Assembly (NCBI GenBank): GCA_032250835.1
Contig: JAVVEA010000001.1
Coordinates: forward strand, 512,001-576,000
DNA from: a bacterium
GTDB taxonomy: Bacteria > SAR324 > XYD2-FULL-50-16
Reading direction: 5' to 3'
Length of the DNA: 64,000 nt
Shown: positions 9,423 through 22,595 of the stretch, in pieces
Numbering within the stretch: the stretch's first letter is position 1
How the letters are laid out: each line of letters begins with the position of its first letter
Program-made: the position numbers and the translations under genes
Notes under the pieces: generated by a model
Told to the model about the DNA's origin: nothing
What the model saw: the letters and a program-made list of their open reading frames with translations, nothing else
The model's database searches: none

Positions 9423-10378
9423 CTTATTGGCGTAACCTGCTTAAAGCCGGCTGGGACCTGCCCCGCGCTCTGGTGGTATTAAACCGGGCCTTGATCTTCG
9501 CTATGGCCCTGATGGGTGGCATCTTGGCGGCCAGCGCCCTAGAAAGCGTCTTGGACCAAGTTCCCAGCGCCCCCCAGCAAGTGGGGCCTCCACCGGGGCC
9601 AACCCGGATCGAAACCAAACCCTTCGACCAATTTGCCGCCACGCTAGACCAAAATATCTTTGGCGTCGAGCGCGGCAGTGCACCGAACAAAGAAACCGCC
9701 GACCCCGAACCCAGCGCCCCCCAAGGGAACTTGGCCCAATGGGTTGCCCGTTTAGAGTTAGCAGGCGTGTACGGCGCAAAGGTCCCCCGCTGCATAGTCA
9801 CCGACAAACAAACCAGCAACCAGGGGTTGTTTCGGGTCGGGGAAGCGCTGTTTGAGTCGGGTCCGGTCTTTAAAGAAATTGGCGGCACTTTAAAAGAGCC
9901 CAAAGTGTTGCTGGCCATGGGCGGGCAAGAGGCTTGGCTGGGCTTGGCCCAGAACCCAACCGCAGCCGCACCGACCCCGCTCCGTCAGCTACCGCCTTCA
10001 GCGGCCAAGGAGGCCCCGCCGGTGGCCACCGAAAGCGCCGACAACTACAGCAAAAATGGCAAAGATTATTTCATCACCAGTGCCGAGGTGGACTCACAGC
10101 TAAACAACCTACCTGCCTTGCTCAATCAGGCCCGGGTGATCCCACACTTTAAAGAGGGCAAACATGACGGCTACGTCATCAAAGCGATCGATAAGGGCAG
10201 CCTCTATGAGAAACTAGGTTTAAAAAACCACGACGTGATCCAAAGGATCAACGGAGAAACCATCGATAGCCCCGAAGAGGCCTTCAGCCTACTTAAAATG
10301 CTACGCAACGAGCGCCAAATCACCTTAAATATAGACCGCAAGGGCAGCGAAAAAACTTTGGTCTACCACATAAACTAA
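9413..10378 (+). CDS. gspC: Type II secretion GspC-like protein with C-terminal PDZ domain
   Basis: N-terminal TM, low-complexity linker, LNQARVIP...SLYEKLGLKNHDVIQRING PDZ domain. Confidence 0.75.
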   Translation: MELAYWRNLLKAGWDLPRALVVLNRALIFAMALMGGILAASALESVLDQVPSAPQQVGPPPGPTRIETKPFDQFAATLDQNIFGVERGSAPNKETADPEPSAPQGNLAQWVARLELAGVYGAKVPRCIVTDKQTSNQGLFRVGEALFESGPVFKEIGGTLKEPKVLLAMGGQEAWLGLAQNPTAAAPTPLRQLPPSAAKEAPPVATESADNYSKNGKDYFITSAEVDSQLNNLPALLNQARVIPHFKEGKHDGYVIKAIDKGSLYEKLGLKNHDVIQRINGETIDSPEEAFSLLKMLRNERQITLNIDRKGSEKTLVYHIN

Positions 10379-10463
10379 AGACGCGCGAAAATTGGTCCTG
10401 TACTATCGACTCAAAAAGAAATAAAAAGGACTTATTAGCGAACCCTGAGCGCCAAAAGCATCT

Positions 10464-10865
10464 ATGACCAAAGAACATCTCCCCGTCGGATCCGGCGAGC
10501 AGGACAAAAAAAACCAGCAGGCAGAGCAGTTCATCTTGGAGGTTTTCCACCAAGATTCGGTACAAGAGCGCCTAAGGGCTCAGTTGCAGAAAGTGGTCAA
10601 GACCGAGTTAAACAAAATGAGCGATCTGTTGCGTGAAGCAATCCGCGACTGGGTCCAGAAGGAAAAATCCAAGCACAACCCCGAAGAAGAACACCAGAAG
10701 ATGGTGTTGCTAGAAGAAAAGCTAGAAAACTTCGAGGCCAACTCTAAGCAACTAGAAGAAGAGAACGCCCGCATCAAGCGCCAAGTGGAGCTAAAAGAGC
10801 ATGAAAATAAAATCATGCTCAAGGGCATCAAGAAATTCATGAACCAAAACCGCGCCAAACAGTGA
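10464..10865 (+). CDS. Hypothetical coiled-coil protein
   Basis: E/K/Q-rich helical ORF; GTGA overlap with the next gene. Confidence 0.6.
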   Translation: MTKEHLPVGSGEQDKKNQQAEQFILEVFHQDSVQERLRAQLQKVVKTELNKMSDLLREAIRDWVQKEKSKHNPEEEHQKMVLLEEKLENFEANSKQLEEENARIKRQVELKEHENKIMLKGIKKFMNQNRAKQ

Positions 10866-11242
10866 AACAGTTGGTCAAGGCGGCGACGTTGCTGATCATC
10901 TTATCGGGGCTTCTGCTAACCCCTTGGCTCTTGGGTTCCCAAGAAATTGCCGTCTGGGTCCATCTCTTGCTTGGCTTTGGGTATACGGTCTTGTTTCTGC
11001 TCTTTGGCTTCGACCATATCTCATCGCATCTAGCAGAACTCCAAAAGAAGACCACAAAAAACCTGACCGGCATCACCCAGAGCGTCAGCGGCGGCCTCAC
11101 CCTGATCAGCGGATTTGTGCTCTACCTATACGGTTCTGAGCCCATGACCCCTTGGACAGAAGTGCATTTGGGCTCGACCTTGATCTTCTTCGTGGCGGTG
11201 GTGGTCCATTTCTTCCAGAAAAAGGCTCAGGAAACGGCATGA
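10862..11242 (+). CDS. Four-TM membrane protein with paired histidines (possibly heme b binding)
   Basis: Hydrophobic helices with His at WVHLLLG, FDHI, EVHLG, VVHF. Confidence 0.55.
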   Translation: MKQLVKAATLLIILSGLLLTPWLLGSQEIAVWVHLLLGFGYTVLFLLFGFDHISSHLAELQKKTTKNLTGITQSVSGGLTLISGFVLYLYGSEPMTPWTEVHLGSTLIFFVAVVVHFFQKKAQETA

Positions 11243-11513
11243 GTACCTTAGATACAATCCAAGCCAGTTGGTTTTTATGGCTCAGTTCGGTGGGGGTGTT
11301 GGTTTTATTGCTGCGCTTTCTGGGCAAAAACCGCCGTACTGAGGTACAGCCGGGCATGGCCACCAAGTCAGATCAGTTTTCGATGCGGACCGTATTTTTA
11401 AGCTTCCGTAGCGGTGAAGCGGGCCTCTTTTTTACGGTGCTCGCTATTTTGGCCAATTGCTTTCTCTTCGCGCTAGCGATTTCCCATGAAATCTACCAAC
11501 TAGTCCAGACCGG

Positions 11514-11517
<4 letters not shown>
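11239..11517 (+). CDS. Small two-TM hypothetical protein
   Basis: ATGA overlap with the upstream stop; two hydrophobic segments. Confidence 0.5.
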
Positions 11518-14190
<2,673 letters not shown>

Positions 14191-14294
14191 TTACAACCTG
14201 GGGCTGATCCGATCTAATTGACGTTCCGGGCCTAGCGAACGTTCCGTATGTTAATATCCCAGTATAGAGGCCCCATTCGTTCTCGTCAAACGCC

Positions 14295-17200
14295 ATGAAC
14301 GGCACCGCCCCATTGTTTTTAAAATTATCCCAAGCCTTAGGCGGCCTCGACCGACTACGCTCGGCAGGAATCCCCCTGGGCGGGGTTCAAGGCGGCGCTC
14401 GGGCCCTTTTGGCGGCCCAGATTTGCTTGACTCAAAACCGCGAAGTCCTGCTGCTGGCCTCTACCTATGACGAAGCCCGCGCGCTGGCCGAAGACCTGCT
14501 CTTTTATCTAGACCCGGCTCAGGTCCGATTCTTCCCGCACTACGACACCGCTGCATACGACAGCCAGTCTCCCGACAAAGAAGTGGTCGCCCAGCGCCTG
14601 AGTGCGCTGGCCGCTTTACAATCGAAGGTTGTGGGGGTCACGGTGAGCACCGTCCAGGCGGCGGCCCAGGCGATCTTACCGGCCCAGGTCTTAAAAGAAA
14701 GCTTTTTAAGCTTACAACAAGGCGACCTTGCCGAGCCTAGCGAGCTGGCCCAGAAGCTGGTTAAATTGGGCTACCAAAGGGTTGAGCAGGTCGAAGACCG
14801 CGGCGAGTTCGCCCAGCGCGGCGAGATTTTGGACCTCTTCGCTATCCACAGCGACAACCCGGTCCGCATCGACTTCTTTGATATCGAAATCGAGTCGATC
14901 AAGAGCTTTGACCCGGTCAGTCAGTTAAGCATCGAGGCCCTAGAGAGCATCACACTGCTACCGGCCCAAGAGGTGATCTTTGAAGCCGGGGGAATCGAGC
15001 GGGCCCTTTCGGAGCTAAAGAACTACCGAGAAGGCACCGACCCCCACGAATACGCCCAAATCTCTGACGCCATCGAGGCTAGCCAAGTCTTTTCGGGCAT
15101 CGAAAACCTCTTGCCGCTTTTTTACGAAACCAGCCCGCGCCTTTTTGAGCACCTCCCGCCAGATACCCAGGTGGTCTTGTGCGAGCCTGCCCATTTGGCG
15201 ACTCGCTACGAGGAAGTCTTTGGTGAGCTGCGCCGAGAATATGAATATTCCAAACGAGAGGGCCTACCGACCCTAGAGCCCGACCGGCTCTATTGGAGCC
15301 CCGCTCGTTGGAACGAAGAGTTGGACCGGCGCAAGCCCTTAGGCCTAGAGGCCATGGAGACCGAACAGTCCGGTGCCCAAAGCTTTTCTAGCCTCACCAA
15401 CCAAGGCTTGGCCGCCTTAGGCACCGAGCCCGGTGCGGCCCAACAAACCCCAACGCGCCGTATCTTGGGCCTGTTGGCCCACTGGCACCAAGCTGGGGCC
15501 CGCATTCTGGTGGCTACCGAAACGGGCAGCCACGCCCAACAGCTCAAAGAACTATTGGCCGAACTGGACCTGAGCGTTGAGGTCTGCGCCGATTGGGACC
15601 GCAACCGCCGCACGGACTTCCTCTTAGGCCAAAGTCCCGACGCCCAAGCCTTTGTGATCCTGCCCCAGCGGCTCAACCAAGGATTCCGGCTCGCCGACGA
15701 GCAAGGCCAGATCAGGTTGGTGTTGGTCACCGATGAGGAAATCTTCGGGCCCAAGGCCAAGAAGCGCCGGGTGCGCCAAGGCAAGGCCAAAGACCTCTTC
15801 TCGACCCTAGAAGACCTCAAGGTCGGCGACTATGTGGTGCACGTAGAGTATGGCATCGGCCAGTACCGGGGTTTGACCAGCATCGACACGGGCAGCCGGA
15901 CCGAAGACTTCTTGTTGCTCACCTATTCGGGCGGCGACAAGGTTTATGTCCCGGTGGACAAACTAAATCTGGTCCAAAAATTCACCGGCAGCGAAGGTTC
16001 GGCGGCACCGCGCCTGAACAAACTGGGCGATAAGTCCTGGGCGAAGACCAAAGCCAAGGTCAAAGCCGAGGTGGACGACATGGCCGAAGAGCTGATTGCT
16101 CTTTATGCGCGCCGCGCCGCCCAACGCGGCATTAGCTTCAGTCCCGACGCCAACTTAGCCCACGAATTTGCCCTTTCCTTCCCCTATGAGGAAACGCCCG
16201 ACCAATTGCGGGCCATTGAAGAGGTGGCCGCCGACATGGAAAAGGAAACCCCCATGGACCGGCTGGTCTGCGGGGATGTGGGCTTTGGCAAAACCGAAGT
16301 GGCGATCCGCGCCTGCTTTAAAGCGGTGGTGGACGGTTATCAGGTGGGCGTGCTGGTACCCACCACCATCTTGGCCCAGCAACATTTTGAAAGCTTTGTG
16401 GAGCGCTTCAAGAACTTCCCGGTCCGTATCGGTTTGGTCAGTCGTTTCCAAAAGCCCAAAGAGATCAAAGAAACCTTATTACAGCTCAAGGAAGGCAAGT
16501 TGGACATCCTGGTGGGTACCCACCGGTTGCTTTCTAAAGACGTGGTCTTTAAAAACCTGGGGCTTTTGGTGGTTGATGAAGAACAGCGCTTTGGGGTGCG
16601 GCACAAAGAGCAGATCAAGCAGCTGCGCGCCAGCGTGGACAGCCTAGCCCTTTCGGCCACGCCCATCCCGCGCACCCTGCATATGTCCTTGATGGGCATC
16701 CGCGACATCACCGTGATCAGCACCGCGCCGATGGACCGCCGCGCCATCCGCACCCGCTTGCTCAAATTCTCGGACTTTGTGATCCAAGAGGCGGTCGAGC
16801 GTGAGCTGCGCCGCCAAGGGCAAATCTTTTTTATCCACAACCGGGTGGAGTCCATTTACGAGGTGGGTAGCTACCTGACCCAACTGATGCCTAAGGTCAA
16901 AATCGGCATCGCCCACGGGCAAATGGGCGAGACGGACCTAGAAGACATGATGCACGCCTTCACCAACAAGGAATATGACATCCTTCTGGCCACCGCCATC
17001 GTCGAGTCGGGCTTAGACATCCCCAACGCCAACACCATCATCGTCAACAACGCCGATCAGTTTGGCCTAAGCCAGCTATACCAGCTACGCGGGCGGGTGG
17101 GGCGGTCCAAGGCCCAGGCCTATGCTTACTTCCTAACCCCTAGAGACAAGCTGCTTTCGGAGATTGCCAAAAAGCGGCTGTCCATCCTACAGGAGCTGAA

Positions 17201-17831
17201 CCACCTGGGCGCGGGCTTTAAGGTGGCTACCTACGACTTAGAACTGCGCGGTGCGGGCAACCTGTTGGGCTCGAAGCAGTCAGGCCACATCCAGGCAGTG
17301 GGCTTTGAGCTGTATACCCAGATGATCGAAGAGGCCATCTCTAAGCTGAAGAATGAGGATAAACCCCGCCAGGATGCGGAAGTACGGCTGGAATTAGGCC
17401 TCGCCGCCAACTTGCCAGAAAGCTATATTCCAAGTATGAATCAGAGGCTTGAGGCCTATAAGGAAATCAGCCTCACGGCCAATGAAGAAGCGCTTTGGGA
17501 ACTGCGCGCTGGGTTAGAGGACCGTTTTGGACCCCTGCCCGATTCGGCGGCCCAGCTCTTTTTGTCGATGCAAATCCGCCTGATTGCCCGGCAGATGGAT
17601 TTAGAACAGGTCACTTGGCGTTCTGGGCGGTTGGATTTGGGCTTTGGTCCCCGCTTCAATCCGGACCCTATCGGGCTGATGCAGTTGATCCAAACCTCGC
17701 CGCAGCCGCTTAAACTATTACCCGACAGCCGACTTCAGGCGCAGGTCGAGGGTGGTGTCGAAGGGTTGTTGTTATTTTTGAAAAACCTCAAGCCTCGCTT
17801 GGAGGAGATCTCTCTTGATGACCCAGCTTAA
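14295..17831 (+). CDS. mfd: Transcription-repair coupling factor
   Basis: UvrB-like N-terminus, VVHVEYGIG RID domain, GDVGFGKTEVA, DEEQRFGV, QLRGRVGR, TRCF C-terminal domain. Confidence 0.97.
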   Translation: MNGTAPLFLKLSQALGGLDRLRSAGIPLGGVQGGARALLAAQICLTQNREVLLLASTYDEARALAEDLLFYLDPAQVRFFPHYDTAAYDSQSPDKEVVAQRLSALAALQSKVVGVTVSTVQAAAQAILPAQVLKESFLSLQQGDLAEPSELAQKLVKLGYQRVEQVEDRGEFAQRGEILDLFAIHSDNPVRIDFFDIEIESIKSFDPVSQLSIEALESITLLPAQEVIFEAGGIERALSELKNYREGTDPHEYAQISDAIEASQVFSGIENLLPLFYETSPRLFEHLPPDTQVVLCEPAHLATRYEEVFGELRREYEYSKREGLPTLEPDRLYWSPARWNEELDRRKPLGLEAMETEQSGAQSFSSLTNQGLAALGTEPGAAQQTPTRRILGLLAHWHQAGARILVATETGSHAQQLKELLAELDLSVEVCADWDRNRRTDFLLGQSPDAQAFVILPQRLNQGFRLADEQGQIRLVLVTDEEIFGPKAKKRRVRQGKAKDLFSTLEDLKVGDYVVHVEYGIGQYRGLTSIDTGSRTEDFLLLTYSGGDKVYVPVDKLNLVQKFTGSEGSAAPRLNKLGDKSWAKTKAKVKAEVDDMAEELIALYARRAAQRGISFSPDANLAHEFALSFPYEETPDQLRAIEEVAADMEKETPMDRLVCGDVGFGKTEVAIRACFKAVVDGYQVGVLVPTTILAQQHFESFVERFKNFPVRIGLVSRFQKPKEIKETLLQLKEGKLDILVGTHRLLSKDVVFKNLGLLVVDEEQRFGVRHKEQIKQLRASVDSLALSATPIPRTLHMSLMGIRDITVISTAPMDRRAIRTRLLKFSDFVIQEAVERELRRQGQIFFIHNRVESIYEVGSYLTQLMPKVKIGIAHGQMGETDLEDMMHAFTNKEYDILLATAIVESGLDIPNANTIIVNNADQFGLSQLYQLRGRVGRSKAQAYAYFLTPRDKLLSEIAKKRLSILQELNHLGAGFKVATYDLELRGAGNLLGSKQSGHIQAVGFELYTQMIEEAISKLKNEDKPRQDAEVRLELGLAANLPESYIPSMNQRLEAYKEISLTANEEALWELRAGLEDRFGPLPDSAAQLFLSMQIRLIARQMDLEQVTWRSGRLDLGFGPRFNPDPIGLMQLIQTSPQPLKLLPDSRLQAQVEGGVEGLLLFLKNLKPRLEEISLDDPA

Positions 17832-18789
17832 GTTTCTCTGGCTGACCCTTGCGGCCCTGCTCTTGCTGTCTGCTTGCGAAACCGAAGAAAAGACTCGGGT
17901 GGCCCTGATCCCCGAGGACGAGACCATTGCGGTAGTCAACAACGAGAAAATCCACCTCTCTAAGTTCCAGGCCCGCTTCCAGGCCTACCTGAAGCGTTAC
18001 AAACACTTGATCCCCGCCGGTGAAGAAAACAAATTGGTGATCAAACGGATCGTGATCGACCAGTTGATTAACGAAGAGTTGATGGCCCAGGAAGCGACCC
18101 GAAAGGGCATCCAGGTCAGTAAAGAAGAGCTAGAAACGGCCGCCGAAGAAGCCCTTTCGCCCTACCCCAACGCCAACTTCGACCGCGATCTGGCCAGCGC
18201 CAACCTGACCAAAAAGGAATGGAAAGAGCGCCTTCAGCTCCAGATTTTGCTGAATAAATTAGTGGAGCAGGAGGTCATCAAGCGCATCCCGGTCACTAAG
18301 CGAGAGATCAACGCCTATTACAAAAAACACCGGCGCGAACTGGTCTGGCCCAAGGCGGTGCGAGCACGCAACCTGACCCTGGCAACCCAGGCCGAGGCCG
18401 AGGCGCTCTTGAGCCTGCTGGGTCGGGGCGGGGACATCAAAGATTTGATCCGCCGCCACTCGATCAGCCCGGACCGGGTCAACGACGGTGACTTGGGTTT
18501 TGTGGAGCGCGGCGAAATGCCCCCGGAAATCGAGGCGGCCATTTTTGGCCTGAATTATAAAAACCGCCTCAGCGGGATCGTGCATTCCCAAGACGGATAC
18601 CACATCTTTTATTGGCTTAAGTCGCGCAATAGCCAGCGGATGGACGTAGACGAAGCCAAGGAAGAGATCAAAAACATCTTGGTCGCCGAACGCCAGGGGG
18701 AAGCCTATGAATCCTGGCTCAAGCGGCTCAAAGAGGGGGCTACCATCAGTGTGGATGAAAGAATGCTGCAAACCGAGGAGGGGTTCTAA
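17818..18789 (+). CDS. Lipoprotein peptidyl-prolyl isomerase (PrsA/SurA, PpiC type)
   Basis: Lipobox LLSAC, SurA-like N-terminus, GDLGFV.RGEM...GYHIF rotamase domain; usual position after mfd. Confidence 0.85.
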   Translation: MTQLKFLWLTLAALLLLSACETEEKTRVALIPEDETIAVVNNEKIHLSKFQARFQAYLKRYKHLIPAGEENKLVIKRIVIDQLINEELMAQEATRKGIQVSKEELETAAEEALSPYPNANFDRDLASANLTKKEWKERLQLQILLNKLVEQEVIKRIPVTKREINAYYKKHRRELVWPKAVRARNLTLATQAEAEALLSLLGRGGDIKDLIRRHSISPDRVNDGDLGFVERGEMPPEIEAAIFGLNYKNRLSGIVHSQDGYHIFYWLKSRNSQRMDVDEAKEEIKNILVAERQGEAYESWLKRLKEGATISVDERMLQTEEGF

Positions 18790-19283
18790 TGAACCTAATC
18801 TTCCTAGGCTTTATGGGAGCGGGGAAGACGGCTATTGGTAAGCGGTTGGCGTTGCGGCTGGGTTACCAATTTCTGGATACCGACGCCTGGGTTGAGGCCA
18901 AGGAAAAGCGAACCATCAAGGAAATCTTTGCCACCGATGGGGAAGCTTATTTTCGGCGCTTAGAAACCGAATGTTTGGGCCGCCTCAAGGCGGTGACCAA
19001 TCACGTAGTGGCCACCGGCGGCGGGATCTTGTCGACGCCCGGCAACCTTGAGTTGATCAAGTCCTTGGGGACCAGCATCTTCATTGACGCCGATTTCCAG
19101 AATATTTTAGAACGGGTGCAACGCAACGACAAACGCCCGCTGGCCCAAGGCGAAGGGGCCGAGGAACGACTCGCCAAGCTTTACGCAGAACGCCGGCCCC
19201 TGTACGAACAGGCCGACTTGATCTTTAAGCCCCAAGGGACCCAGTTCCCCGCGATTATCAACCAATTGATCCGAATGCTCTGA
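18789..19283 (+). CDS. aroK: Shikimate kinase
   Basis: GFMGAGKT, DTD, GEAYFR, ATGGG, RPL. Confidence 0.95.
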   Translation: MNLIFLGFMGAGKTAIGKRLALRLGYQFLDTDAWVEAKEKRTIKEIFATDGEAYFRRLETECLGRLKAVTNHVVATGGGILSTPGNLELIKSLGTSIFIDADFQNILERVQRNDKRPLAQGEGAEERLAKLYAERRPLYEQADLIFKPQGTQFPAIINQLIRML

Positions 19284-20554
19284 TGTCTCTATTTGCAGAA
19301 CTTCAGGCCAGAGGCCTGATCGACCGTAGCACCTCCGAAGAGTTGGCCGGTAAGTTGGATCAAGGCGGCTTGACCTTTTACGTCGGCTTCGACCCCACCG
19401 CCGACAGCCTGCATGTCGGCCAGTTGGCGGTCTTTAACTTCATGGCTCTTTTGCAACGCGGCGGGCACCACCCCGTCGGGCTCTTAGGCGGGGCCACGGG
19501 CATGATCGGCGACCCAGGCGGCAAGTCCGCTGAAAGAAACCTGCTCAGCGCCGAACAACTAGAAGCGAACATCCAAGGCATTGCCGCCCAAATCCGCCGT
19601 TTTTTGGACTTTAACGAAGGTGCCCCGGCGCAGGTAGTCAACAACCACGACTGGCTGAAGGAATGGTCTTATATCGACTTCCTACGCGAAGTGGGCAAAC
19701 ACTTCTCGGTCAACCAGATGGTCCAGCGGGACTCGGTCAAGTCGCGGCTAGAACGCGAAGGCGCGGGGATCAGCTACACCGAATTTTCTTATATGCTGCT
19801 GCAAGCCTTTGACTTTGTGGAACTGCATAAGCGCTTGGGCGTGACCCTGCAATTAGGCGGCAGCGACCAATGGGGCAATATCGTTTCGGGCATCGACCTG
19901 GGCCGCCGCTTGGGCTGTGATCAACTCTACGGCCTGACCATGCCCTTGATCACCAAGGCCGACGGCTCCAAATTCGGCAAGAGCGAGTCGGGCACCATTT
20001 GGCTTTCTGGGGCCAAAACCAGCGCCTATGAGTTCTACCAGTTCTTCTTAAACCAAGCCGACGAAGACGTGGTCCGCTTCCTCAAGGTCTTGACCATGGT
20101 CCCCTTAGAGGAGATTGAAGCCCTGGCCGAACAGGTGGTCAGCGAGCCCCACAAGCGGGCCGCCCAACGCCGCTTGGCCGAAGAGGTGACCCGCCGGGTC
20201 CATGGGCAAGAGCAGCTAGACAAGGTGCTGCGGGCCAGCCAAATGCTTTTTGGCGGCGAGATCAGCGACCTGGACGAAGAGATGATCGGCCAAATCTTTA
20301 AAGATGTCCCTTCGGTGCAGATCGAGCGGGCCCGGCTGGACGCCGGGTTGCCCTTGATCGACGCCTTGGCCGAGTCCGGGGCCTGTGACTCCAAGGGGCA
20401 GGCCCGCAAGCTGATCCAAGGCGGCGGGGCGAACGTGAACAACGTCAAGGTCAGTGACCTGGATTATGCCCTTACCACACGGGACTTGTGTAGCTCCCGG
20501 CATATTGTGCTGCGGGCGGGGAAGAAGAATTATCGGTTGTTGGAACTTCTGTAA
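19283..20554 (+). CDS. tyrS: Tyrosine--tRNA ligase
   Basis: GFDPTADSLHVGQ (HIGH), GGSDQWGN, KFGKS (KMSKS), C-terminal S4 domain. Confidence 0.98.
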   Translation: MSLFAELQARGLIDRSTSEELAGKLDQGGLTFYVGFDPTADSLHVGQLAVFNFMALLQRGGHHPVGLLGGATGMIGDPGGKSAERNLLSAEQLEANIQGIAAQIRRFLDFNEGAPAQVVNNHDWLKEWSYIDFLREVGKHFSVNQMVQRDSVKSRLEREGAGISYTEFSYMLLQAFDFVELHKRLGVTLQLGGSDQWGNIVSGIDLGRRLGCDQLYGLTMPLITKADGSKFGKSESGTIWLSGAKTSAYEFYQFFLNQADEDVVRFLKVLTMVPLEEIEALAEQVVSEPHKRAAQRRLAEEVTRRVHGQEQLDKVLRASQMLFGGEISDLDEEMIGQIFKDVPSVQIERARLDAGLPLIDALAESGACDSKGQARKLIQGGGANVNNVKVSDLDYALTTRDLCSSRHIVLRAGKKNYRLLELL

Positions 20555-20578
20555 TCTGAAGGCCTATTCTAAAGAAAG

Positions 20579-21451
20579 GTGCCTGTGTCCCTTGAAGCTA
20601 CGTTAAATGAGATTGTACATTGCCAGCGCGTACTAAACGAAGTCGCGGTCTTGTCGGAGGCGCTGCATCTTAAATTATATGAAGAACCCTTTGGCGCAGA
20701 GGTGCTATCGCGTCTTTCGAGCGAAGGGCTCATGAAACAACAGCGGATCATCACCACCGCAACCAGAGCCATTCTGGCTCACGGCTACAACTGGGGGATT
20801 GCAGATGAGTTGTTAGAAGCCCTAGAGCAATCAGCTCAAAAGGTAAAAACTCACTTACAAGACCTTTCGACAATCTGGCGGCCCAGTTATGCCGCGTTGG
20901 AGCGGATTGGGGCCTTAGAACCATTGAATGATGCGGTCAGAACTAGCATCAGCTTGCTAGATCGCCTTGAGTCTTTACTGATGGACCTAGGTAGTCATCC
21001 CCAAAAATCGGGAAACATGAACCTCAAACTCCAACTCCACTACCCTGACATGCCCGCCCCCACCAAGGCCCACTCGACCGACTCGGGGGTGGACTTGACC
21101 TGTATGGCGGTGGAGGAAAAACGGGAGCGGGTTTATATGTTAGACCTAGGCGTCAGTGTGGAGCCCCCGCCGGGCTATTATACCGAGCTGTTCCCGCGCT
21201 CTTCGATCATCAAGACCGACTTCGTCCAAGCCAATTCGGTGGGCATCATCGACCAGGACTACCGGGGGCGGATTTACCTGCCCCTGCGTTACCTCGGCCA
21301 AGGTGACGGGATGGACAAGGCCCGCGAGCTGATCGGCCAACGGGTAGCGCAGTTGATTTTAAAGCGGATCGAACCCTTTGATTTAAAAATCGTGGACCAA
21401 CTCAACGACACCCCCAGAGGCCAAGGTGGATTCGGCAGCACCGGAGCTTAG
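20579..21451 (+). CDS. dut: dUTPase (core from ATG 21017) with an in-frame ~146-aa N-terminal extension
   Basis: SGVDL, PRSS, GIIDQDYRG, RVAQLI, RGQGGFGSTG trimeric dUTPase motifs. Confidence 0.88.
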   Translation: MPVSLEATLNEIVHCQRVLNEVAVLSEALHLKLYEEPFGAEVLSRLSSEGLMKQQRIITTATRAILAHGYNWGIADELLEALEQSAQKVKTHLQDLSTIWRPSYAALERIGALEPLNDAVRTSISLLDRLESLLMDLGSHPQKSGNMNLKLQLHYPDMPAPTKAHSTDSGVDLTCMAVEEKRERVYMLDLGVSVEPPPGYYTELFPRSSIIKTDFVQANSVGIIDQDYRGRIYLPLRYLGQGDGMDKARELIGQRVAQLILKRIEPFDLKIVDQLNDTPRGQGGFGSTGA

Positions 21452-22595
21452 GCTCGTCGAAGGGCTCGCGGAGCTGCAAGCGCTGCGCGTGGCTTTGGCC
21501 CATTATTGGCTGGTCACTTGGCGTGGCGGGGAGAAGGTTTTGGCTTCCATGCTCAAGCTGTTCCCCCATTCAGACCTCTACACCCTCTTTTACAGCCCAG
21601 GGCGCATCGGGCCTTACGTCGAAGGACACCGGGTCTATAGCTCTGCCTTAGACCTGAGCTTTGCCCGGCGGCATTACCAAAAGATGTTCCCCTTTTATCC
21701 GGCGGCAGTCAAAAGCTTGGCCCTGCAAGGCGACTATGACCTCTTGATCAGCTCTGAATCCGGGCCCATCAAGGGCATCGCCAACCCCAAGGGCTTGCCG
21801 CATCTCTGCTACATCCACAGCCCCATGCGCTATTGCTGGGTAGACCGGCAGTCTTACCTGGACCGGGTGCCCCAACGGCTGCGCAACTTCGCCGATGTTC
21901 AGTTTGAGCGGCTCAAGCGCTACGACCTTAGCACCATCGACGCCCCGGACCGCTATGTGGCCAACTCGCACAACGTCGCCGGACGGGTAGAGCGTTTTTA
22001 CCACCGACCTGCAGGCGTTTGCCACCCGCCCATTGAGCTGGACTTGTTCAAAGGCCCCTTAAGCCCCGGCGGCGGAGACTTTTACCTGAGTTTTGGGGCC
22101 CTGACGCCCTACAAGCGGGTTGACCTCTTGGTGGAAGTATTTAACCAAAATGGCAAGCCCCTAAAAATCATCGGCGAAGGCAGCGAACTCAAGGCCCTAA
22201 AGGCTATAGCAGGCCCCAACATCACCTTCACCGGGGCCTTGGAGCACCAAGAACTAAACCGGCAGCTAAAAGGGGCCCGAGCTTTGCTTTTCCCAGGAGA
22301 TGAGGATTTTGGGATGATCCCCTTAGAGGTGATGGCCCGGGGGATTCCGGTGGTTGCCTACCGCGCCGGTGGGGCCTTGGAGACGGTCTTGGAGTCGCCC
22401 GAAGGGGCGGCTCATAGCAGCGGCCTGTTCTTTGACCAACAAACCCCTGATTCGCTGGCCGAAGCTTTGGAACGCTTTGAGGCAGTCGAACAGGACTTTG
22501 ACCCCGCCAAAATCCGCGAACATGCCCGCCAGTTTGGCGAAGACCGTTTTTTGGCCTGTTTGGCCCAAGAGGTGAGGAGCCTACTTAAGTTATGA
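21426..22595 (+). CDS. Glycosyltransferase, GT4 family
   Basis: GGEKVL, YIHSPMRY, YKRVDL, EDFGMIPLEVMARG; start uncertain. Confidence 0.9.
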   Translation: MDSAAPELRLVEGLAELQALRVALAHYWLVTWRGGEKVLASMLKLFPHSDLYTLFYSPGRIGPYVEGHRVYSSALDLSFARRHYQKMFPFYPAAVKSLALQGDYDLLISSESGPIKGIANPKGLPHLCYIHSPMRYCWVDRQSYLDRVPQRLRNFADVQFERLKRYDLSTIDAPDRYVANSHNVAGRVERFYHRPAGVCHPPIELDLFKGPLSPGGGDFYLSFGALTPYKRVDLLVEVFNQNGKPLKIIGEGSELKALKAIAGPNITFTGALEHQELNRQLKGARALLFPGDEDFGMIPLEVMARGIPVVAYRAGGALETVLESPEGAAHSSGLFFDQQTPDSLAEALERFEAVEQDFDPAKIREHARQFGEDRFLACLAQEVRSLLKL

